Assembly: GCA_041742075.1 (NCBI GenBank)
Contig: JBGSJJ010000016.1
Span: forward strand, 83,128 to 147,127
DNA length: 64,000 nt
From: Minisyncoccia bacterium
GTDB lineage: Bacteria; Patescibacteriota; Minisyncoccia; Phycocordibacterales; UBA918
Direction of reading: 5' to 3'
The position numbers were made by a program, and so were the translations under genes. This document shows positions 47,723-59,735 of the stretch, in pieces. The notes beneath the pieces are model-generated. The model searched no databases and was not told the origin of the DNA. It worked only from the letters and a program-made list of their open reading frames with translations. The stretch's first letter is position 1; each line of letters begins with the position of its first letter.

Positions 47723-48244
47723 TTACGCAACCTTCTCTTCCTTCATACTTTTAAAAACCGCCATCAAGCCGTTCACGAGTGAGATAGCCAGGAAGATTGC
47801 GGTCATGTAGCCGAGAAGAAACTGAAGCAAGGTAAAGCTAGATAGCCCAAGGGAAAAAATAGTCATCAGTACCCCAAGCGTGTACCAGGAAGTGGCTTGC
47901 AGTGCCGGTCCGACCGTACTTGGCATAATCTGCTTGGTCATAAGGACGGCGTTCAAAAATATCACTGACAAAACAATCCAGAACGCTACAATGTGCGAAG
48001 TAAAGTACACATCGCCTGCCATACCATAGGCCTTAAGACCGAGTGTGAGTGAAGTGATAAAGATAGTGGCCATCGCTACCCGAAGCACACCATAGGTGAC
48101 TCCCATTATTCTTCGTTCCGTCGGCTCAATCGTACCGTCGTGTATGGCCACAAAAAAATTAACTATCGCAATCGTAGAACCACCTACCCCCAGTGAGACA
48201 GACATGGTCTGGATTATGGCTACTAAAATCAATATCCATTCCAT
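47723..48244 (-). CDS. Multi-pass membrane protein (paralog A)
   Basis: Shares LGVG.STIAI.NF.VAI.DGTI and GPALQA..WYTLG with its neighbour. Confidence 0.8.
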   Translation of the reverse strand: MEWILILVAIIQTMSVSLGVGGSTIAIVNFFVAIHDGTIEPTERRIMGVTYGVLRVAMATIFITSLTLGLKAYGMAGDVYFTSHIVAFWIVLSVIFLNAVLMTKQIMPSTVGPALQATSWYTLGVLMTIFSLGLSSFTLLQFLLGYMTAIFLAISLVNGLMAVFKSMKEEKVA

Positions 48245-48247
48245 AGC

Positions 48248-48763
48248 TTAAGAGGCTTTTGTCGACGCTGGCTTTTTGGACTTGAGGTAGTGCATGATGC
48301 CGTTCACCACTGCTAAGGCAACGACTATGTCACCCATGTAGAGTAGGAAAAACGTCATCATATCAAGACTAAACAAATCAAACATATGGATAGTGGCGAT
48401 AAAGCCAAGCGTGTACCAGGTTGCAGCTTGGAGAGCCGGGCCTATCTTGCTCGGAACCCAGCGCTTGGTCATACCAAGCGCATTTAAGAAGAGAATAGCT
48501 ACTAAAATCCAGATATACTCATCAACACTCGCAAAAAGAGCTGGATCGAGTACTGTGATGATAGCGGTCGTCACAAAAATAGAGAACATGGCTACTCTGA
48601 GCGTGATGTAGGTTACCCCCATGATCTTTCGCTCAGACGCATCAATGGTTCCATCCCAAATAGCCACAATAAAGTTACTAATAGCGATTGTTGAAGAACC
48701 GACACCAAGTCCAATGGTGCTGGCTTGAAAAACGATAGCAAGTGGAAGAATTAGTTCGAGCAT
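48248..48763 (-). CDS. Multi-pass membrane protein (paralog B)
   Basis: Tandem paralog of 47723-48244. Confidence 0.8.
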   Translation of the reverse strand: MLELILPLAIVFQASTIGLGVGSSTIAISNFIVAIWDGTIDASERKIMGVTYITLRVAMFSIFVTTAIITVLDPALFASVDEYIWILVAILFLNALGMTKRWVPSKIGPALQAATWYTLGFIATIHMFDLFSLDMMTFFLLYMGDIVVALAVVNGIMHYLKSKKPASTKAS

Positions 48764-48824
48764 ATAGTTAAAGTATAGCAAAACGCGATGCCGAAGCATC
48801 GCGTTGTTCACTTTTTCGCACTAC

Positions 48825-49322
48825 TTACCTCGCGTAGCGTCTTGCGAACTCCCAGGGTGGTACACGATCGCACGAATATAAATACGCTGGTACATATAGA
48901 AGTAATCCAAGGGCGAGTATCAGTGAAGGGCTATCTTCATACCCATGTACGACAAACGACGCGCAGGAATAAAGCATTAAAAACATCAGTGCAATCCTTA
49001 AAGTTTGAAGAACGGTGCGAAATAGATTGCGCCCAGTTCTGGTAGCAAATCGGTAATCGCGAGCCAGTTGCGGTATGAGCTTCGTGACTACTACATACAT
49101 CATGCCACCAAGAAGTAAGCTAAGAATGATGGCAATTTGACTGTCTTTTATGACCGAAACATTCATGAGGAGAATGACGAGCGATGAAATAATAGAGCCA
49201 GCGCCAAGCCTCGGCGCTTCCATACCCGAGTAGTGCACGAGTCGGTTGAAAACGTTGTCGAGTAGTTCAATGTCAAACCAAGCCAAGCCTCGCAGAAGCC
49301 TTTCCATTTCTACCTCCGCCAA
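48825..49322 (-). CDS. Hypothetical membrane protein
   Basis: About four hydrophobic segments. Confidence 0.55.
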   Translation of the reverse strand: MAEVEMERLLRGLAWFDIELLDNVFNRLVHYSGMEAPRLGAGSIISSLVILLMNVSVIKDSQIAIILSLLLGGMMYVVVTKLIPQLARDYRFATRTGRNLFRTVLQTLRIALMFLMLYSCASFVVHGYEDSPSLILALGLLLYVPAYLYSCDRVPPWEFARRYAR

Positions 49323-49373
49323 AAGCGATATCCATCTCGATAGTAGCGAAAAAATGAAACTCCTGCAAGATGC

Positions 49374-49625
49374 CTAAATGAGAATTGTAGCGTGATTGTT
49401 ACTTATCTCTAACGTACCAATCTGAATTTGAAACACTTCTGTAGTCGTGTCTGCTTTTGTGACAGTTAACGTTCCAGTCTTAAGTGGTGAGATAAGTGCC
49501 GTGTGGTTTGGCAAGATAGTCATCTCACCGTCAATTCCTGGTACCTGCACACTGATGACTTCCCCGTCAAAAACCGGCCCGTCAACGCGAGAGATAGTGA
49601 GTTTAAGTAATTGCTTATCGGTCAT
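49374..49625 (-). CDS. atpC: ATP synthase epsilon (N-terminal beta domain only)
   Basis: VPGIDGEMTILPNHTALIS. Confidence 0.9.
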   Translation of the reverse strand: MTDKQLLKLTISRVDGPVFDGEVISVQVPGIDGEMTILPNHTALISPLKTGTLTVTKADTTTEVFQIQIGTLEISNNHATILI

Positions 49626-49659
49626 AATTTAAATATTTATACGATGAGTCTCTGAATAT

Positions 49660-51156
<1,497 letters not shown>

Positions 51157-51219
51157 TTAATAATATTCACTCGCGTAACGCTGAGTCATCAATTCCCATA
51201 AGAAACTGATGACTAAGTA

Positions 51220-51540
51220 TTACAGAGTCCCATCCCATCGGTTGTTTCTAATATCTGAAAATAAGTCATACAATTTCTTATCTACGTCTGAAATTTCAAT
51301 TGTCATTGCTGTCCCATACTTGTTGTTTTGTGTAACTTCTTCATCGTACTTATAAAATTTCGGAAATACTTCATTCAAATAATCTGCAAACTTATACAGA
51401 AAACCTTCTTCTGAATAACCTGTTTCCAACATAGTAGCAAGCGCTTCCTTATGAACCAGCTCAATCTCAGACTCAGCAATATACTCCTGCCAATCAGCAA
51501 CTTTTTTTGACTCAGTATTACCTCTAAAGTTCTCTTTCAT
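51220..51540 (-). CDS. Hypothetical protein inserted in the atp operon
   Basis: AT-rich 106-aa ORF between atpG and atpD. Confidence 0.6.
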   Translation of the reverse strand: MKENFRGNTESKKVADWQEYIAESEIELVHKEALATMLETGYSEEGFLYKFADYLNEVFPKFYKYDEEVTQNNKYGTAMTIEISDVDKKLYDLFSDIRNNRWDGTL

Positions 51541-51549
51541 AATAAATGA

Positions 51550-52452
51550 TTATTTCATTGCTTCCATACCGCCAGTAATCTCAGACACTTCTGCAGTAAT
51601 CGCCGCTTGACGCGCCTTGTTAAACTTAAGCGTCAAGAACTTCGCTACTTCCTTACTCTTATCGGTCGCGTTCTTCATCGCGACCATACGCGCTGAGTGC
51701 TCGCATGCCTTACTTTCAAGGAGAGCATGGTAGAGAATAATCTGCACGAGTTGCGGAATGAGTGCAGACAGCACTTCTTCGGCAGATGGTTCAACACTGT
51801 AGTTGATTTGCCCTGAAGTAACTTCAGTTTGAGTGCTGTACTTACCGGTCTTTGGCTTGATACCAGACATGATAAATTCAATCTCGCCTGGATCAAGTGG
51901 CAGCACTTGGCGCACAGTCGGCACCTGCTCAAAGGTAGACACAAAGTTTTGGTAGACAATCTTAACTGACTTGTAGGCATTACCGGTAAAAGAAGTAAGG
52001 AGGGTGTCTGCCATGCTGTAGACATCGTTAACGGTAACTCCATCAGAAATGTTGGTGTATTCACCAACGAGCGTCTTTTTTTCACGCCGGGCAAACTCCA
52101 CTGCCTTGCGTCCGATAGCGAGCACATCTACCTCGCCTTCAGCCTTAAGAATTTTGTCTGCCTGCTTTAAGACAGCGCTATTTACGCTACCCGCGAGACC
52201 CTTATCACTCGTGACAATCACGAGGAGTGTACTACCTGCTGTACGCTTTAAAGCGAGCGGATGATTAATCCCCTCCGGTGAGTCAGATAGTTTCTCCAAA
52301 ATACGGAGCGCAGAAAGAATATACGGACGGCTCAAAAACGCGCGCTCTTGGCTCTTGCGCATCTTAACCGCTGACACCGACTCCATCGCCTTGGTGACTT
52401 TCCCGGTCTTCTTGGTAGAAATTATTTTGTTTTTAATCTGCTTCAGCGCCAT
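51550..52452 (-). CDS. atpG: ATP synthase F1 gamma
   Basis: KVTKAMESVSA, SDKGLAG, RQAAITAEVSEI. Confidence 0.97.
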   Translation of the reverse strand: MALKQIKNKIISTKKTGKVTKAMESVSAVKMRKSQERAFLSRPYILSALRILEKLSDSPEGINHPLALKRTAGSTLLVIVTSDKGLAGSVNSAVLKQADKILKAEGEVDVLAIGRKAVEFARREKKTLVGEYTNISDGVTVNDVYSMADTLLTSFTGNAYKSVKIVYQNFVSTFEQVPTVRQVLPLDPGEIEFIMSGIKPKTGKYSTQTEVTSGQINYSVEPSAEEVLSALIPQLVQIILYHALLESKACEHSARMVAMKNATDKSKEVAKFLTLKFNKARQAAITAEVSEITGGMEAMK

Positions 52453-52464
52453 GTTTATCTAGTT

Positions 52465-54036
52465 TTATACAGCTACTCCGTAGTAGTTACTATGAGCAGT
52501 TTTGAAGTCAGCTATTACCGTGGTGAGCTTTTCAATTGTCTCCTCAGACAAATCCCGTGAGGTTTCGATAGCTTCAAAGATTTCCTTTCGGTCACGCTCG
52601 ATAAAGCCGAGGAACTCGTCTTCCATCTTGCGTACGTCTTCTACTTTGGCACCGTCATAAAGGCCAGTGTTTGCTGCATAGATAGAAGCTACCTGCTTAT
52701 AAAACGGCATTGGGTTGTTTTGTGGCTGCTTAAGTAGCTCTACGTACTTCCGGCCACGTTCGATACGGTTCTTCGTGTCTTCATCAAGGTCAGAGGCAAA
52801 CTGCATAAAGGCTTCGAGTTCACGGAACTGTGCGAGTTCAAGACGAATCTTCCCGGCTACTTTCTTCATTGCTTTTGTCTGTGCAGACGATCCCACGCGT
52901 GATACTGAGATACCGACGTTGAGGGCAGGACGAATACCTTTGTTGAAGAGTTCACCTTCAAGAAAGATCTGTCCGTCAGTAATCGAAATCACGTTCGTTG
53001 GAATATACGCAGACACGTCCCCTTCCTGTGTCTCAATTACTGGCAAGGCTGTGATAGACCCGCCACCGAGCTCCTTTGAGAGCTTGGCAGACCGTTCGAG
53101 AAGTCGTGAGTGGAGGTAGAAGATATCGCCTGGGTAGGCTTCACGTCCTGGTGGACGACGAAGGAGGAGCGACATCTGTCGATAGGCATTCGCGTGCTTA
53201 GAAAGGTCGTCAAGAATAATCAGCACGTCTTTCCCCTGCTCCATAAAGTATTCACCAATTGCCATACCAGCAAATGGTGCCAAAAAGAGCATTGGTGACG
53301 CTTCTGAAGCGGAAGTAGCGACGATAGTGGTGTACTCCATCGCTCCGGCTTCTTCAAGTTTTGCCATCAGACTAGCGGTCTTAGAACGCTTTTGTCCGAT
53401 AGCGACATAGATACAAATAGGACACTTTTCTTTTGGCTCGTACTTTTGGTTAATGATGGTGTCGATAGCGATAACGGTCTTACCAGTCGAGCGGTCACCA
53501 ATGATGAGTTCTCGCTGACCACGACCGATTGGAATCATTGAGTCGATAGCTTTAATGCCGGTGTGAATCGGTTCATTTACCGCTGAACGCTCCATAACGC
53601 CGTAGGCAACGCGCTCAATCGGCATATTGCGGTCAGTCTTAATCGCACCTTTGCCGTCAATCATCTCGCCAAGTGGTGAAACCACTCGACCGACGATGTC
53701 CGCCCCAACTGGGATGGAAAGCAATTGCTTAGTCCGACGCACTTGCATACCTTCTCGCACACGCTCAGCGTTTCCGAGCACTACTACCTTTACCACATCC
53801 TCTTCGAGGTTGAGTATGAGTCCAAAGAGCGTCTCACTTGAGGCGATAGTCTCGGCAAGTGACTTGCCAGCTCCATCGTCAAAGATGACCATCTCCATCA
53901 TTTGCGCTCGCGCGAGACCATCGATCTCAGCAATACCGTCACCCACCGAGGTAACGACGCCAATTTCTTCGGTCAAGACGGTCGTATCGATGCCCTCGAT
54001 TTCTTTTTTGATCTTATCAATGATTGTTGAACTCAT
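52465..54036 (-). CDS. atpA: ATP synthase F1 alpha
   Basis: [19 protein letters not shown]. Confidence 0.98.
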   Translation of the reverse strand: MSSTIIDKIKKEIEGIDTTVLTEEIGVVTSVGDGIAEIDGLARAQMMEMVIFDDGAGKSLAETIASSETLFGLILNLEEDVVKVVVLGNAERVREGMQVRRTKQLLSIPVGADIVGRVVSPLGEMIDGKGAIKTDRNMPIERVAYGVMERSAVNEPIHTGIKAIDSMIPIGRGQRELIIGDRSTGKTVIAIDTIINQKYEPKEKCPICIYVAIGQKRSKTASLMAKLEEAGAMEYTTIVATSASEASPMLFLAPFAGMAIGEYFMEQGKDVLIILDDLSKHANAYRQMSLLLRRPPGREAYPGDIFYLHSRLLERSAKLSKELGGGSITALPVIETQEGDVSAYIPTNVISITDGQIFLEGELFNKGIRPALNVGISVSRVGSSAQTKAMKKVAGKIRLELAQFRELEAFMQFASDLDEDTKNRIERGRKYVELLKQPQNNPMPFYKQVASIYAANTGLYDGAKVEDVRKMEDEFLGFIERDRKEIFEAIETSRDLSEETIEKLTTVIADFKTAHSNYYGVAV

Positions 54037-54051
54037 ACGTAATAATGCGTG

Positions 54052-54435
54052 CTAGTTGGTAATAGTGCGATACAGCTTCACAAGCTGTGACTTATAACTC
54101 TGATCAATTTGTTTGTGGTCATGAGCTACGATGACGCCACCGATAATGGTGCTGTCTACTTTGGTCACATACTCTTCTTTGGTTTGAAGTGCCTCGAGCG
54201 CTGTAGCGATAGCTTCCTTTTGTGACGCAAGAGCGCTTTTGTCTGCTACCGTCACAACCGGTGCTGACGTAGCTTGCTTTGCAGAGAGTGTTCGATGAAC
54301 GGCTACGAGAATCTGTTTATGAAGCACCAAGTGTCCTTTCCGTGTCAGTGTCTCTTTAAGACCACGTAAAACTGTCTCAACCGGCGTGCCGGCTTTGAGG
54401 AGTGTTAAAACAGATTCAATGTAGTTTTTCTTCAT
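54052..54435 (-). CDS. atpH: ATP synthase delta (short)
   Basis: VDSTIIGG..IDQS; operon position. Confidence 0.85.
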   Translation of the reverse strand: MKKNYIESVLTLLKAGTPVETVLRGLKETLTRKGHLVLHKQILVAVHRTLSAKQATSAPVVTVADKSALASQKEAIATALEALQTKEEYVTKVDSTIIGGVIVAHDHKQIDQSYKSQLVKLYRTITN

Positions 54436-54443
54436 ACAATATT

Positions 54444-54893
54444 TTACGCACTTGGTTCACGAAGGATTTTCTCCGCCGCGAGGATGGCAGTTTTAGCAAT
54501 CTCTGCTTCACTTTCCTTCTCCGCTCTGGTCTTTATCTCGACACCCTTTCGCTCAGCATCCTTAATGACTGCTTCAGCCTTTGCTTCAGCCGCCTTAAGG
54601 AGTTCTCCAGCTTTTTCGTCGGCAAAGGCAGTCGCTCGCTTGGCTACTTCCTGTGCCTCAGTATGAGCACTTGTGAGAACAGCTTTCTTGTCTTCTTCGG
54701 CAGAAGCCCGGACTTTAGCCGCTTGCTCAGCGTCTTCAATACCTTGTTTGATTTTCTCCTCGCGGTCAGCTAGGAGTTTCAAGACTGGCTTGTACAAGAA
54801 GTACGACAACAGTCCCATCAAGACAAAGAAGTTGATGATTTGGATGACGATAAGTCGTGCATCTATGCCGAAGGCTTCAATAAGTTGTTCCAT
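54444..54893 (-). CDS. atpF: ATP synthase F0 b
   Basis: QIINF..LYKP..R; coiled coil. Confidence 0.93.
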   Translation of the reverse strand: MEQLIEAFGIDARLIVIQIINFFVLMGLLSYFLYKPVLKLLADREEKIKQGIEDAEQAAKVRASAEEDKKAVLTSAHTEAQEVAKRATAFADEKAGELLKAAEAKAEAVIKDAERKGVEIKTRAEKESEAEIAKTAILAAEKILREPSA

Positions 54894-54917
54894 AATTCAA
54901 TTTGTAAGTAGATTGAT

Positions 54918-55040
54918 AATACGTCAGAGATGGCGCCAGATGCGAGGAGAGACAGAATTTCAGAAGAAGACGTATGGTATATACGGCGCCTGATGAAATT
55001 GTAGTTTCGACAAAGCAGATGGTGCCAGTCTTTGACTGTA

Positions 55041-55042
<2 letters not shown>
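54918..55042. repeat. RPE-like palindromic element between atpE and atpF
   Basis: IR aatacgtcagagatggcgcca / tggtgccagtctttgactgtatt; AGATGCGAGG..CGTA..TACG..ACAAAGCAGAT core shared with 49660-49785. Confidence 0.65.
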
Positions 55043-55322
<280 letters not shown>

Positions 55323-55382
55323 TTAACTCAATAATGGGCAAGTACGAGTCGCGCGTCCTATGGCGAAACTCGTGATTACCAA

Positions 55383-56177
55383 CTAATGATGTGGTTCGGC
55401 CACTGCCAGCTTAATAAATATCAGTGTCAAAAAGGCAAACACCCCAGCCTGAATGAACCCAACAAACACTTCATACGCCAAAATCGGGATTGGCAAGAAG
55501 AGTGGCACGAAGAACAGTGCGACCGTAAGGAGCGTCTTGCCGGCAAAGATGTTACCGAAAAGTCGAAACGAAAACGAGACGAGACGGCCAAGCTCACTAA
55601 TAAGCTCAATGATACCTACCGTAAAGTTCAAAATACGGTTACCGATACCATGTCCCTTGAAGGTAAGGAACTTTCCGCCGTACTTCCAAAAACCCATTGC
55701 GAGGATACCAGCCATTTCAATAAAGAACATGGCAATCAAAGCAAACGCAATAGTGATGTTTAGGTCAGTAGCTGGTGGGTAAAAGAAAGGAATCAGGTGT
55801 TCTTCTTTCCCATGACCCTCAAAAATTCCGATTGAAGTTACGCCAGGTAGTAGCCCAGTCCAGTTCATCGCGAGGAGAAACAAAAAGATAGTCATGAGCA
55901 CCGGAAAATACTTTGTAGCCAAGGTACGACTTTCGAGCGTGTTAGCGACGAAGTCAAACATCCCCCCGACAATGAGTTCAAAGATATTCTGGAGCTTTCC
56001 GGGAATTGCCTTCAGATTTCGGCTGACGTAGATAGCAATTCCGACCAAGATGGCCATTGAAAGCCACGTGGTGAGCATGGTTGCGGTAATAGGTACACCA
56101 AACACCTCACCTAGGACGTACGGTGACAGTTTGACTGAAATACCTTCGGCGGCGTATGCAGTAGCGATAAAGTTCAT
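55383..56177 (-). CDS. atpB: ATP synthase F0 a
   Basis: SFRLFGNIFAG, FIQAGVF. Confidence 0.96.
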   Translation of the reverse strand: MNFIATAYAAEGISVKLSPYVLGEVFGVPITATMLTTWLSMAILVGIAIYVSRNLKAIPGKLQNIFELIVGGMFDFVANTLESRTLATKYFPVLMTIFLFLLAMNWTGLLPGVTSIGIFEGHGKEEHLIPFFYPPATDLNITIAFALIAMFFIEMAGILAMGFWKYGGKFLTFKGHGIGNRILNFTVGIIELISELGRLVSFSFRLFGNIFAGKTLLTVALFFVPLFLPIPILAYEVFVGFIQAGVFAFLTLIFIKLAVAEPHH

Positions 56178-56334
56178 AGCATGTAAACACGCAAAAGCTC
56201 ACCTTTTGCGGTCGAATACTAGCATAATATGGCCTAAATGACAAAATAATTCTGGGTATGACCGTTTCACTGTACTTTAAAGCTCAGAGCAGTAAAACCG
56301 GCGACACTGAGTGGTGTCGCCGGCAGAGCGGTAT

Positions 56335-57006
56335 TTATCCCATACGACATTGTGTCGCTAAAATCTCTTCAAAGGCCCGCACAAAGTCGTCTGGACTATC
56401 AGCTTTCACCGCTGTAGCTGACTTGTCTTCAGCTTTAATTACGTCTGCAAAGCTGGTATACCCACCTTCGTAAAACTGGTGAGGTAGAGAAATCAAGTGC
56501 ACAGAACCATTGTACTGATGTACTATCGTACTAATTTCATTTTCTAAAGTACCAACAACCTGAGGTACCGGAACATCATTAATACCAGCTGAATCATGCA
56601 GGATGATAATGATAGGGTTTCTACTTATAATATCTTCACTACGTTGAATATCTTTCAAAAACACAGCCGGTTTTGTACTTGTATACATATAGTAGTTTGA
56701 AGAAAAACCTCTGACTGCAATGTCTTTAGAAAACTCCTCGGGGCTTGTGGTAGCAATAAACCTATAACTCAAGCCAGCCCACGTGTATCCAATAAGCTGA
56801 ATATTGCAGTTAAGTAGCGCATCATGCACAGTTTCGTCTTGAAGTGCCATGAGCACTCCTTTTTTGTACTCTTCTACCGGGTTAATTTTGGTATTTGTGT
56901 CATCTTTGCTGTCTGACACATCAAAACCAATTACAAGCGGTCGGTAGTAGTCTTCAGCACCAGCCGAAGTAGCCAGTAGACATGCGATTATCAAGGAACG
57001 AACCAT
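56335..57006 (-). CDS. Secreted vWA-like (DUF1194-like) protein
   Basis: Signal peptide; FDVSDS MIDAS-like motif. Confidence 0.5.
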   Translation of the reverse strand: MVRSLIIACLLATSAGAEDYYRPLVIGFDVSDSKDDTNTKINPVEEYKKGVLMALQDETVHDALLNCNIQLIGYTWAGLSYRFIATTSPEEFSKDIAVRGFSSNYYMYTSTKPAVFLKDIQRSEDIISRNPIIIILHDSAGINDVPVPQVVGTLENEISTIVHQYNGSVHLISLPHQFYEGGYTSFADVIKAEDKSATAVKADSPDDFVRAFEEILATQCRMG

Positions 57007-57135
57007 GGAGTCAGTCTCCCACTACTAAGGACAAGGCTACTTTCATAGTAAGGCTAATTTTTATGATTGTAAAATCACAACTATAGTACTAGCCTGTATG
57101 TCACTTTTTCGTGAGTGAGCTGGTATTATTACCAT

Positions 57136-57834
57136 ATGACCTACAAACACCTTTTCTTCGATATGGACAAGACCATCGCGCCAGCGCGCGAACCCATGCT
57201 TAAAGAGATGCACGAGCTACTTACTGAACTACCACACGACATCGTGATTGTCTCTGGTAGCCTCCTTTCGCAAATAGAGTTTCAATCTCACAAACTCCCT
57301 GCCTACTACTTAGGGGTAAACGGAAACCATGCTAACGACACTGAAAACAACGAACTGTGGAATCACCCACCTCTCTCTGAAGAACACAAACAAGAAATCC
57401 ATGACCATATTGCTCGTGTCATAGACTTGCTCGATCATGACCTCAACCATGAGTGGAACCCGATTGAAGACCGTGGTTCACAAGTCACCTTTAGTCCGAT
57501 TGGTAACACCGCCCCGGTCGAACTCAAACGACACTATGACCCTGAGCGCCTGAAGCGAGAAAAGTGGCTACAAGAGATTCCCTTTGCTTCTGAAGAACTC
57601 ATGGTGAAAATAGGTGGTTCAACCAGCTTTGACTATATTCATAAAGACCGCCACAAAGGCACCAATGTCCAAAAACTAATTAACCAGATGGGCTGGAACA
57701 AGGAAGACTGTGTGTACTTTGGTGATGGCCTCTATCCAGGCGGAAACGACGAAGTCGTTATTGGTGTGATAGACACCGTGCTCGTACAAGACCACCTCGA
57801 CACCTACAACAGGCTCCTTGAGTTTAAAAAGTAG
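57136..57834 (+). CDS. HAD-IIB hydrolase (phosphomannomutase-like)
   Basis: FDMDKT, IEDRGSQ, GGSTSFD, FGDGLYPGGND. Confidence 0.88.
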   Translation: MTYKHLFFDMDKTIAPAREPMLKEMHELLTELPHDIVIVSGSLLSQIEFQSHKLPAYYLGVNGNHANDTENNELWNHPPLSEEHKQEIHDHIARVIDLLDHDLNHEWNPIEDRGSQVTFSPIGNTAPVELKRHYDPERLKREKWLQEIPFASEELMVKIGGSTSFDYIHKDRHKGTNVQKLINQMGWNKEDCVYFGDGLYPGGNDEVVIGVIDTVLVQDHLDTYNRLLEFKK

Positions 57835-57839
57835 TAGAT

Positions 57840-58046
57840 AAAAGAAAATCCGACCGCATAAAGCAAGTCGGACAGTGTTAAACGCCGGCCAGGCGCTTTT
57901 GGTATATGAGCAAGAAACTTCTCGCAGGAGCATCGATACGTTTTGCTCATCGCGACCCATCGGTCACAACCAAAAGTTAACCTGGCCGGCGCCGTCTGTG
58001 CTTTTCTGAGTTGATAGTTCAAAAGCACCTACCCAGTCCCACACAT
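57840..58046 (-). ncRNA. Candidate free-standing structured ncRNA
   Basis: Extended -10 TGCTATAAT, 13-bp GC-rich stem 57881-57893/57981-57993, terminator 57840-57872. Confidence 0.5.
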
Positions 58047-58226
58047 GTCAGCATTATAGCATACATTTTGCCATTAGCAACACTGAAGAAAGTCTTTTGT
58101 ATGTTTGGTATTCTCGGGAATTCTGTACCTCATACCATTCAACAGTAATCAGGTCAGAAGCTGTTGACGCACTCCCCTCTGTGCTGTACTTTTTAAAGAG
58201 AAGAGGTTTTTGGAAGGACAGACACT

Positions 58227-58727
58227 ATGGCTCGTCCAGGTTACGCTCCACCAGCTCTGCAGGCGAAATCAGTCCTTGAGAAGTTGCGTGAAATGTTCAA
58301 CACAGCACCAATGGTTGATAAGACTACCTTGGTGCTCACTGACGCATTTTCACATGAGACCATGCGTGTTGAAGTCGAAAACTCTCCGGACATTCTCGAA
58401 CAAATGGTCCTTGAATACATTAAGTGGTGGCGACTAATGGCGCTCTATCCTGAGTATCGGATTGTTGCTCCCCCGCCGGTGTTTGTGGTTTCAAATGCTC
58501 ATTATGCTCTCAATCGAGAAAAGTTTTTTTATGATTTGATGCGGTATTTGCGGGTTGGCGAAATCAGCAATCGACGCTGGCGTGGGCCGGAAGACATTGA
58601 TGGCCTGCTCGACACTACCAAGTGTTACGAGAAAACCTATGGTAATCCCGCTAACCCATGGCGCGATATGTTCCGCCTCACCAAAGACATTCTTGACCTG
58701 GAAAATGTGGAAACGTTGCGTTTTTAG
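58227..58727 (+). CDS. Hypothetical protein
   Basis: 166-aa ORF with AAGGA upstream and a hairpin downstream. Confidence 0.6.
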   Translation: MARPGYAPPALQAKSVLEKLREMFNTAPMVDKTTLVLTDAFSHETMRVEVENSPDILEQMVLEYIKWWRLMALYPEYRIVAPPPVFVVSNAHYALNREKFFYDLMRYLRVGEISNRRWRGPEDIDGLLDTTKCYEKTYGNPANPWRDMFRLTKDILDLENVETLRF

Positions 58728-58787
58728 TAAGCAACTACACACTGACCAAACGGCCCGCATCTCACGATGCGGGCCGTACCTCGTTCC

Positions 58788-59378
58788 CTACCCTACTTTG
58801 CTCTTTGTGAGTACCCTGTACGGAACCAAAAGTACCAGAAGCATGACTATCTTTATACCAAGGTCAGCCACTGCGAGCGACACCCAGAGCGGAAGAACCG
58901 GACCAACTCCAAGGAGTGGTGCAAGTTCAAGCGCCCAGTTATTGCCATCGGCGAGAAGTGCGTAGGTAAGCCCGGAGAACGCAATACTGAAAAACAGAAA
59001 CGTATCGACAACCGAACCAAGTGCCGAGGAAATAGCTGGCCCTTGCCACCACGGTAAGTTACGCAAACGGTCAAACACCTGTACGTCAAACAACTGCGCT
59101 ACCAAGAAGGCCGTAGCTGAAGCCAGCGCAATGCGAAGCGTCGTTACCTCAAAAAACGCCGCCACAAGTGAAGCCAGAATGCCCACCACTAGCCCGAAGA
59201 AAATCACACGCCTAGCATCAGCCTGTCCACGTAAACGATTCACGATGTCGGTCACGAGAAACGCGAGCGGGTACGTGAGCGCACCCCAGGTAAGCCAGGC
59301 TCCGAGCGGATACTGCACGAGTATGTTCGAGAAAATCACGACCGTCCCCATGGCAACTATGTATGGTACTAAAGGCAT
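58788..59378 (-). CDS. yhhQ: Queuosine precursor transporter (YhhQ/VUT family)
   Basis: TWGALTYPLAFLVTD, RIALAS..AFLVAQLFD, VDTFLFFSIAF. Confidence 0.9.
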   Translation of the reverse strand: MPLVPYIVAMGTVVIFSNILVQYPLGAWLTWGALTYPLAFLVTDIVNRLRGQADARRVIFFGLVVGILASLVAAFFEVTTLRIALASATAFLVAQLFDVQVFDRLRNLPWWQGPAISSALGSVVDTFLFFSIAFSGLTYALLADGNNWALELAPLLGVGPVLPLWVSLAVADLGIKIVMLLVLLVPYRVLTKSKVG

Positions 59379-59478
59379 TGTATTTAAATAATTATAGTAA
59401 AAGAATCGCCCTACAGTCTACAGGCTCTTAGAAAAGGTACTGTATTGACAGACAACGCTTATCTTGTATAGTACCCCA

Positions 59479-59667
59479 CAGTAGTCAGCTACCAGTCTAT
59501 AGCAGTCTGGTCAAGGAGAGCCTACAAAGCTGTCAGTCCGAAGTACTCCTTCGTCGGTAACGCGGTATGGATTGGCACCCATACTGGCTAGGCCATATAA
59601 TTACCCTTTCCCAAGGCACCAACCCTCTACATGAACCCCGCTCAACTTGAGCGCGGGTTCTTTCTTT
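59479..59667 (+). ncRNA. Candidate ~190-nt sRNA
   Basis: TTGACA-N16-TATAGT (59445-59472), several hairpins, terminator 59633-59667, no ORF. Confidence 0.5.
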
Positions 59668-59735
59668 GCTCAAGAATTAGTTTTAAGATACTTCCTAAGA
59701 AATCCGGATGTTTTAAGTAAGTTAAATGATTTAAT

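Noticed and set aside
59380-59445. preQ1 riboswitch upstream of yhhQ
   Set aside because: No preQ1 stem/A-tract consensus, and a TATAAT lies only ~12 nt from the ATG, leaving no room for a leader.
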